Shown here piece after piece: positions 57,401 through 64,000 of a stretch of 64,000 nucleotides of DNA. Numbering within the stretch: position 1 is the first letter of the stretch; every line of letters starts with the position of its first letter. The notes beneath the pieces are model-generated. The model was given only the letters and a program-made list of their open reading frames with translations, searched no databases and was not told the DNA's origin. The position numbers and the translations under genes are program-made. The stretch lies in NCBI GenBank assembly GCA_025594325.1, contig JANHCV010000015.1:62001-126000 (forward strand), in the 5' to 3' direction. This stretch comes from Blastocladiella emersonii ATCC 22665. Its lineage: Eukaryota; Fungi; Blastocladiomycota.

Positions 57401-59385
57401 TCAGCCGTTCATCATGCTGGAGAGCACGCGGTTCACGAGTTCCTCGTCACCCTTGAGCAATTTGTACAGAAGCGTGGCGAAACGAACGGGAGCGTGATCT
57501 CCCGCAGCGCGGAGCACGCTGCGCGCGAGAGCCAGCCGGTGTTGGTCGGCCTTTGGCTGCGGCGGCGCCGTCCCGAGGACAAGCTGGCAAAGGTCGCAAA
57601 GCGGGTGGGAAGTCAGCCAGGTGAAGTGAATGTTGTACTCGCTCACAACCTCGGGCGGGCACAAGGAAAGAAACTTGCGCCACGCGGGGGCAAGTCGTTC
57701 CGTGAAGAACGGGCCGTTGGACGATTGCTCGCACTCGCCAGCCACCACGACGAGGAACGACGCGTAAACGATGCCCCAGCGGATCCAGGTTTTTTAGGGT
57801 GCGTGACAGCAATAACTTGTCCAAATATGCCGTCAGATTCAAGTAGAACTGGGACTAGAGTCGTGGCGAGGGCACAAAGCAAGTCTCGGAGGAAGTCTTC
57901 CTCGTCGTCGTCAAGGCGCTGCAAGAGCCAGCCGACGATGGCAACGTCAATGCCACAAACGCCAAGGGTCTCGAGCTCAATCCCAAACTTGCAGTTGGCA
58001 AAAACATTGAGGTGCTTCATGACCACGCTGAGAGCTATACCTTGCCCATACCGCTCAACAACAGCGGGAAGGAGTCGTGAAACAAAGCTCGATGCGTGAG
58101 TGAAAGATGCTGAAGCCTCGCGTAGGATACATCCGACAAGCGCCAGCAGCTCGCTGCCCTGCGAGTCAAGAAGGAGGCGGTCAAACACATCGTCCGCGCA
58201 GCTTGCTTCCATGATTTGAGTCGCAAGCGGTGCCCAGTAACGGTGCTCCTTGAGCCACGGCTACGCGGAAGCAATAGTGAAGACAAGCTCGAGGTGGCCC
58301 TTGCGGATCCAGCGAAGAAGCGCGTTGGTAATCAATTTGCGCTGAACCTTTTCGGCCACGTCGTTGAGTCGGTCACGATCGTACGTTTCGAAAGTGCTGA
58401 GCAGTTCGGCAGGCGTGAAGCGATCCGGGCTCAAGTACGTGAATATGGCAGCGCACGCGGCCCACCGAACACGCGTGCCCGTCAAGACATGAAGTTGCGG
58501 CGACCAACCGTGTTCGATAAGGAGGTCAAGTACACGGCAAGCGCCGGCGTAATCGGTGTTGTTGATACACCCGAGAAAGGCCAAGTAAACGCAGGGCGTA
58601 GCGAGCACGGCCAGTATTACCTCGGGGTGAGGGTGATGCTTGAAGACAACTTCAATTGCTTCGGCATTCATGCGCATGGCCGCCGAGATTGCAACGAGGG
58701 TGAGAAAATCCGCGCTTACCACCTCGCCAGTCAGGTCCGCTTGCTCTCGTAACTTGCGCATGAGCCTCTCGAGCTGCCGAGAAGCCTTGATGGTGCGATC
58801 CGGAATATGCTCGAGCAGACTCTGCAGGGAAGCAAAGGGGTCCACGACGAGCAAGGGCAGCGAGTGGACAAGTGCTCCGAGCGCGTGGTCGAGACCCGCC
58901 AGGTTTTTGGTCGATTCAAAGTAGAGCACCAGGGTCATGACGTCCATTGCGCGGATCGTTGCTGTCTCAGAGTCAGGATTGTGGTGCTGCCCGGCAACAA
59001 CGGGAACTCGGAGTGCGCGTTGCTGTGGGTCAGAGAGGCGGCGAAGGAACCGCATCAGCGCATCAAAGAGCGGTACACCAAGCGGAGGGCGTGGTACAAT
59101 ATCAAAGCTGCCTCGTAAAAGGATCGAAGCGATCGCGCATTGGGCTACGGCAGTCCAGCGGTAGATGGCGCGGTCGCGCACAACGCAGCCTTCGGTTACA
59201 GCTTCGAGCAGAAGGCAAGACAGCGGGCGAGAAACGCGATTGAACCACGAGAACACGAGGAGCGGACGGCCCGCGGCCGCATCAGCGAGGATGCGAGACG
59301 CGCTCACAATCCGGGACGAGGGCGAGCTAAGCATGACAACGAGCGCCACCGCGTCTTCGTGAAGTTGCATGAAGTTGAAACTCAT
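57401..59385 (-). pseudogene. Tandem F-box-like family copy 3 (nonsense plus frameshift)
   Basis: TIASA*PWLKEHRYW where copy 2 has TIARAWPWLMEHRYW (TAG at 58261-58263); extra A in an A-run near 57792. Confidence 0.8.
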
Positions 59386-59496
59386 GGTCAGTTCATTCGA
59401 TACATGGGCTTGCGGTCGCGGGAGAGAGGGCGCGCTCAACGACGCGCCGTTCTTCCCATCGCCCCGGCGGCTGACAGAGTGGACAGCTCCGGCGGA

Positions 59497-59511
59497 CTGT
59501 GGCGCAACGCG
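59497..59511. promoter_or_regulatory. Conserved 15-bp upstream motif of array copy 3
   Basis: CTGTGGCGCAACGCG about 112 nt 5' of the ATG. Confidence 0.5.
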
Positions 59512-60710
59512 ACTCGGGCGCACTTCGGTGACCTGTCAAATCACCACAACATCCTTAAAAGATACGCTCCCAGAAATAAATTCGGTGCTCGAACCCACGC
59601 TCACCGCGTGCAAATCACTCGTCCTCGTCGATCACATCGGCCAACATCAGCCCGCGGAGCTCGTCGTCCTCCCAGCCCGATCGAGCCACTCGTCAATGTT
59701 TTGTAGAGAGCCCTTGGGGAAGAGATGCTTTACCTCCAGCAAGGGCGTCACGCCCTCGCATTGTTCCATGATGAGTTCCGCAAAGTGAGTAGGGGAATGC
59801 GCTGCCGCTGCTCGGAAAATGCTCTCGGCCAGATGTTGCTGACTCGTGGCGGCTGTCGAAACGAGGCCTTGGGTAGCGCTCGCGGCCTCGTGGAGCGAAG
59901 ACATAATCTCGCAAGTCCAGTACAGGATGTTCCGGTCGCTCGGATCAACAGCCTCTGGCGGGCAATGCGCAAGGAAGGCGGCCCACGCGGAGAGCAGCTG
60001 GTCGTCGGAGAGCGCGTGGTCTTGATTGCCATCCATTGGTAAGCGCAGGCGAACGTGTTTCTTCACAACTGACAGCAGGGCCGCGTATACGGCCGCGTGC
60101 TGGGCACGGCTCGCATCGCCAGCAGGAATGAGCTCTGTGAGATGATCTTGAGCGTCAGGCTCAAGCAAGAGCAGAATCAGAAACGATCCGAGAGCGTCGA
60201 GTGTGAAGTACATAACCTCGCCATCGGCATCAAGCAGCATTTCAATCAGGCAGCGTGCGAAGGCGAGCCGGTGCCCAGTACTCCCTATGCCGAACCGCTC
60301 GAGTTCAAACCCAAATTCGTAGTCGGCGATGATGTCAAGATGTTCAAGAACGAGGTCGCCAGTAGCCGCTGATCCACATTGCTCTGCCACGTGCGAAAGT
60401 ATCCTCGAGTACGCTTGGCGGCAATCCGAGTAATGTTCCTCGATTTCGTGCAGGAGAAAGTCGAGTAGTTGCACCAGGTCTCCGCCTATTTGATCGAGGA
60501 ACATGCTGCGGAAATCCGATTCCCTGAGGTCCGACTTGAGAACCCTGGCGACCAAAGGCCCCCAGTTGTCGAGTTCCGCAACCCACGGCCACGCGCGAGC
60601 AACAGCAACAGCGGGCGCAACATGGCCGCTCTTCAACCACCCACGTAGCACGTCACAGAAGCACCAGCGCTCAGACTCGTCGGAGACTCCATCACGATTT
60701 TTTTTGGTCG

Positions 60711-60882
60711 TTTTGAAGGCGATTAAGGCACCGCAGGCAAGCGGTGCTTTCAAAAGCCATGTCCAGCCGTTGAAGGCACCCACCAGCTTTCAAAAGCACT
60801 CCCCCGCCTTCAAAAGCACTCCCCCGCCTTTGAAGGCTGTGCACGCTTTTAAAGGCTATAAACGCTGTTATCGCCTTCAAAA
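60711..60882. repeat. Left subterminal repeats of the TIR element
   Basis: TTTTGAAGGC and GC(C/T)TTCAAAA in both orientations; tandem 20-mer ttcaaaagcactcccccgcc x2; hairpin gcaccgc-aggcaa-gcggtgc. Confidence 0.8.
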
Positions 60883-63037
60883 CGCCCAGGAAAAATTCAA
60901 TATAGGTTCGCCAGCTCACGCTCCAGCTTCGCTTAGGGTCCACGAGAAAGATATAGGGAGGAACAAAATGTATTGATCATCAGGCACATCGAGGGCGGGA
61001 GATGGTAGGAGGGCGACGACCGCGTCATGTCGCGGCCGATTCGAGAGGGCCGAAGTACACCGTGCTTGGCCGCCATCGACCAGCGAGCCGGCGCGTGCAC
61101 GCGGCCGTGACCATGGGAATTCTTGGAGATAAGCTTGGGCATACAGTTGCAGCGCTTGGGAGATGCGCGCTTGGGTACAGCATCATCAGCGCTACGAGGA
61201 ATAGGCGAGTGAGTGACTTGTCGCGGGTAAGCAAAAGCCGCGGGGCGCGTACCGTGGCCATGGCCGTCGCCTGCTTGAAGATGCATGTACTTGTCGCGGT
61301 TGACCTTGCGCGCGCGAGCGAGTTCACGCGGAAGCCGACTACACGGTGCAGGCGGGGCGCGACGAGTCAGTGACGAGCCGCGTGGGAGACTTGGTGAGTG
61401 GTGTGCAGACCGTTGGCGTGAGAGGGATCGACCGGGACACGGTGGTCGGGCCGGGACTCGGCGGCGGGCGGCGGCGGCGAGGAGGACCGGACGGCAGCCG
61501 CGTGCGAGCCCAACTAGTCGACTTGAAGGAGGCCGACTTGAAGGAGGCCGACGGGTGGGCACGATGACGGTGGCTGAGCTTGGTGAGCGAGGTTCGTGCG
61601 GGCACTACACAGCGAGACGATGCGAGACGGGTCAGGATCGCCGCTCGTTGGGACGGGGCGACGAACGAGTTGGCGACGGCGAGGGCGACGGCGAGGGCGG
61701 CATCAACCAGCGTCAGCGGAGCACCAAGTAGGTGCGCAGACAGCGTAGTCGAGGGAGATCGAGCCGTGACGAGTGGAACGGGTAGCGCAGAGCGAGAGTG
61801 TCGCGGCGAAGGGGAGCGGCGGCGGCCGTGAGGATTCGGGGAGCGACGGTTTGGCGTAGGGAGCGAGGGTACTGCGGTGGCTGGGAGGTTGCAAACATGA
61901 TGGTGGAGGGAGGTGGGCAAGGGGCGAGCGAGGGGCGAGCGAGGCGGCGGCGGCGGCGGACCAGAGGCAGGCTGAGGTTCACGGCGCGCGCCGGTGCAGC
62001 GTGGGCCGCGCGGCGGCGTCGGTGTTGCCAAGCATGTCGTTGGTGCGTGTGGTTGTGGTGAGGAGGGGGCGGCGGGCGGGGGAGAGAGCGGGGGCGGGCG
62101 GCGGCGCTCGCCCTTTGTTTGGCGGCCGGGTGGCTTGCCCGCCGCCGGGCCGCGGTGATCGCCGAAGGGCGGAGGCCACAAAACGTGACGCGCCTGTCAC
62201 TTCAAGCACGCCCGCTCCCTGTGATTTTCGGGACTTCGCGTCGGCGCGAGTGCGCGCCCGCACTGCTGCTACAAGCCCGGCCCGGCCGCTCCTATCTGTG
62301 TCGGTCCGCTCGAGCTCACCTCGCCCTGCGCTACCCGCCGCCTCCGCTCCATCCTGTTCCATCCGTGCGCCCAGCGCTGCTCCCAACTGCCCACCGTCGC
62401 CGCGGCGAGCGAGCGCGGGTCGCGAAAAGCCGCGCCCCGACTGCGCGCCGTCTCGGCCAGCGCTGCGCCGCTCGTAGATCGTGCAAGCCGCCGGGCTCAC
62501 ATGCTGAGCGCGAGCAGCTCGGGGCAGCGAGCGTCGATCGTGAGCGATCAAACGCCGTTCAGGGCGAGGTCGGCGGCGCCCGCCAGGGCCATGGCGACGT
62601 TGCATGCGGTGCCGCCGCGAACAGCGTGCTCAAGGCCGTGCCGCACGCCGCACGGGGCGCCCGCGTTGGCCAGGGCGGCGGTCTCGCGCGGGGCTGCGCG
62701 CCGGGCTGCGCGGCTGAGCGGGTCGCGAAGGACTGCTCGCGCGCGGGTAGGACGCAGGGCAGGGCCAGTGTTGGCGCCTGGCTCGACGCCGCCGCCGTCC
62801 TGCTCAGTGCGACACGATGAGGCGAGGCGTGACGGGTCGGAGCCTCTCGGGAGCGCGCTCAGTCAAAGCTTCAAGTTGTTGCAGTGGTTACATGACGATA
62901 AATTCGCGTTAGAGCGCTGTGTGTGATGCGGAGGGATCGGGGAGCGGGGGTTCGAGGGGCAGGGTGGTGGGGAGGTGGTCTGCAGCCGGCGGCCCTTGGC
63001 TGTGAAGCGGCGGGGAAGCTCTCAAAGGAGCGCGGCG

Positions 63038-63130
63038 GCCTGCAAAGCGGCGGGGGTGCCTGCAAAGCGGCGGGGGTGCCTGCAAAGCTGTGGGGAGCTG
63101 CCTGCAAAACGGGGTGAGCGCCTGCAAGCC
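63038..63130. repeat. Right subterminal repeats of the TIR element
   Basis: GCCTGCAA(A)G motif at about 63038, 63058, 63078, 63100 and 63120 (20-22 nt period). Confidence 0.85.
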
Positions 63131-64000
63131 TGAAACGAATTTCGTGATGTCCCTCGAAATGGGAGCGATCGTATCGCTCGAACAAATGAATGAAGGCGCC
63201 GGGATCGGAAATGTTCGGATTTAGGAAGCCGCAGATGAAGGCGCGTGTCGAATCTGTCTCGTCCACCCAAAATGTCTGAGGCGCCCATCCGCGATCCGCA
63301 ATCCAGTCGAGCAGGCGGCAGACGGAATTGAGCGTATCATTGCGGACACCTTCAAGAAAAGTCTTACACACGGGCGGTGTCGCAAGCACAGCAATGATCG
63401 ATTCCGGGTTTGGATGATGCTTGAAGACAATTTGGAGCGTGTCAAGACTCAAGTGCATCGCGGCAGAGATCGCGACGATGGTCAAAAAGTCGACGTGCGT
63501 GATTTCGCCGGTATCCTTGGCGTGCCTGGCCAGTCCATGCCAAAGGTTCTGGCGTAACTCTCCAAACGAAGGCGTCCAACCCGGGACCCAGAGCAGGAGG
63601 CTTCGTGAAGTAAACTGAGCGTTGGAAACAAGTCCAGGAAGGGAGCGGACAAGCTCCTTGAGCGCAAGCTCAAGGTGCGCTGCATTTCGAGTTACTTCGA
63701 AGTAGAGCGCAAGGGCAATTGCGTCAAGGATGGATTTGGTCGCGCCTTGGATGCTGCTCGCCTCATAATGCCCGAACTTGTCCTGCTCGGGCTCGTCATG
63801 CATGGACTGGATGAATTCGACGAATGCGCGCTGCTGATCCGTCGAGACACGAGAGAGTGTTTGCATAAGAGAGCGAAAAAGGTTCAAGTTGAGCGGAGGA
63901 TGAGGAAGCTCGCCAAAGTCATCATTGAGGGCTATCGCTGCGCTCGCCACGCGCGCAATTGCAGTAATCCAACCGGGATCAGGGTGTTGCTCATAGCGCT

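Larger units (their letters stand above)
60690..63149. mobile_element. Non-autonomous TIR DNA transposon (2460 bp), CMC/EnSpm-like
   Basis: Termini CATCACGA (60690-60697) and TCGTGATG (63142-63149); TC duplicated at 60688-60689 and 63150-63151; subterminal GCCT(T/G)CAAA repeats at both ends; no recognisable transposase. Confidence 0.85.
59647..64000 (-). pseudogene. Tandem F-box-like family copy 4, split by a TIR element; 5' end lies beyond the window
   Basis: N-half (open from 64000 to 63150, ...FERYDRSHFEG) and C-half (VSDESERWCFCDVLRGW...) join in frame when 60690-63149 and one TC are removed; the join aligns without gaps to copy 2. Confidence 0.85.

Noticed and set aside
60933-62820. ORFs inside the TIR element as a transposase
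   Set aside because: Low-complexity Arg/Pro/Ala translations with no DDE, CxC/zinc-finger or tyrosine-recombinase motifs recognisable.
63038-63130. Regularly spaced ~20-nt repeats as a possible CRISPR array
   Set aside because: The repeat core is only about 10 nt, the spacers are near-identical G-rich runs, there are no cas genes, and the context is eukaryotic. Explained as transposon subterminal repeats.
1-64000. tRNA, rRNA or prokaryotic operon features
   Set aside because: None recognised by eye; the genes are intron-containing and eukaryotic. A tRNAscan/Infernal run would be needed to exclude small RNAs.

Overview
Eukaryotic, GC-rich, gene-dense genomic window. Spliceosomal introns are short (mostly about 55-75 nt, donors usually GTACGC/GTACGT/GTGCGT). 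The gene set (fungal-type G-alpha, Urk1, Dom34, Dhh1, plus the ciliary protein FAM183/CFAP144) suggests a flagellated early-diverging fungus; the taxon is an inference. About 0.5-11 kb and 18-47 kb are mostly housekeeping genes (DPH7, riboflavin kinase, two tandem metacaspases, ABC1 kinase, eIF2-alpha, URK1, G-alpha, DOM34, RPS26, PRL phosphatase, ZIP transporter, importin-alpha-like, CFAP144, DHH1, Cdc25-like rhodanese, amidohydrolase, DHX29-like helicase). Embedded there is a cluster of four small secreted peptides (three Cys-rich) next to a His1 LPMO-like secreted protein (35.3-39.1 kb). Two compartments (about 11-16 kb and 47.4-64 kb) look less GC-biased by eye and hold orphan, F-box-like and LRR genes, many of them disrupted. 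These include a spliced kinase-LRR fusion and a head-to-tail array of four ~700-aa F-box-like paralogs: one intact, one frameshifted, one with a nonsense codon plus a frameshift, and one split by a 2460-bp non-autonomous TIR element. That element has CATCACGA termini, a 2-bp TC target-site duplication and subterminal repeats, and removing it in silico restores the reading frame exactly. No tRNA, rRNA or CRISPR array was recognised. Exon boundaries were read by hand and no database searches were run.
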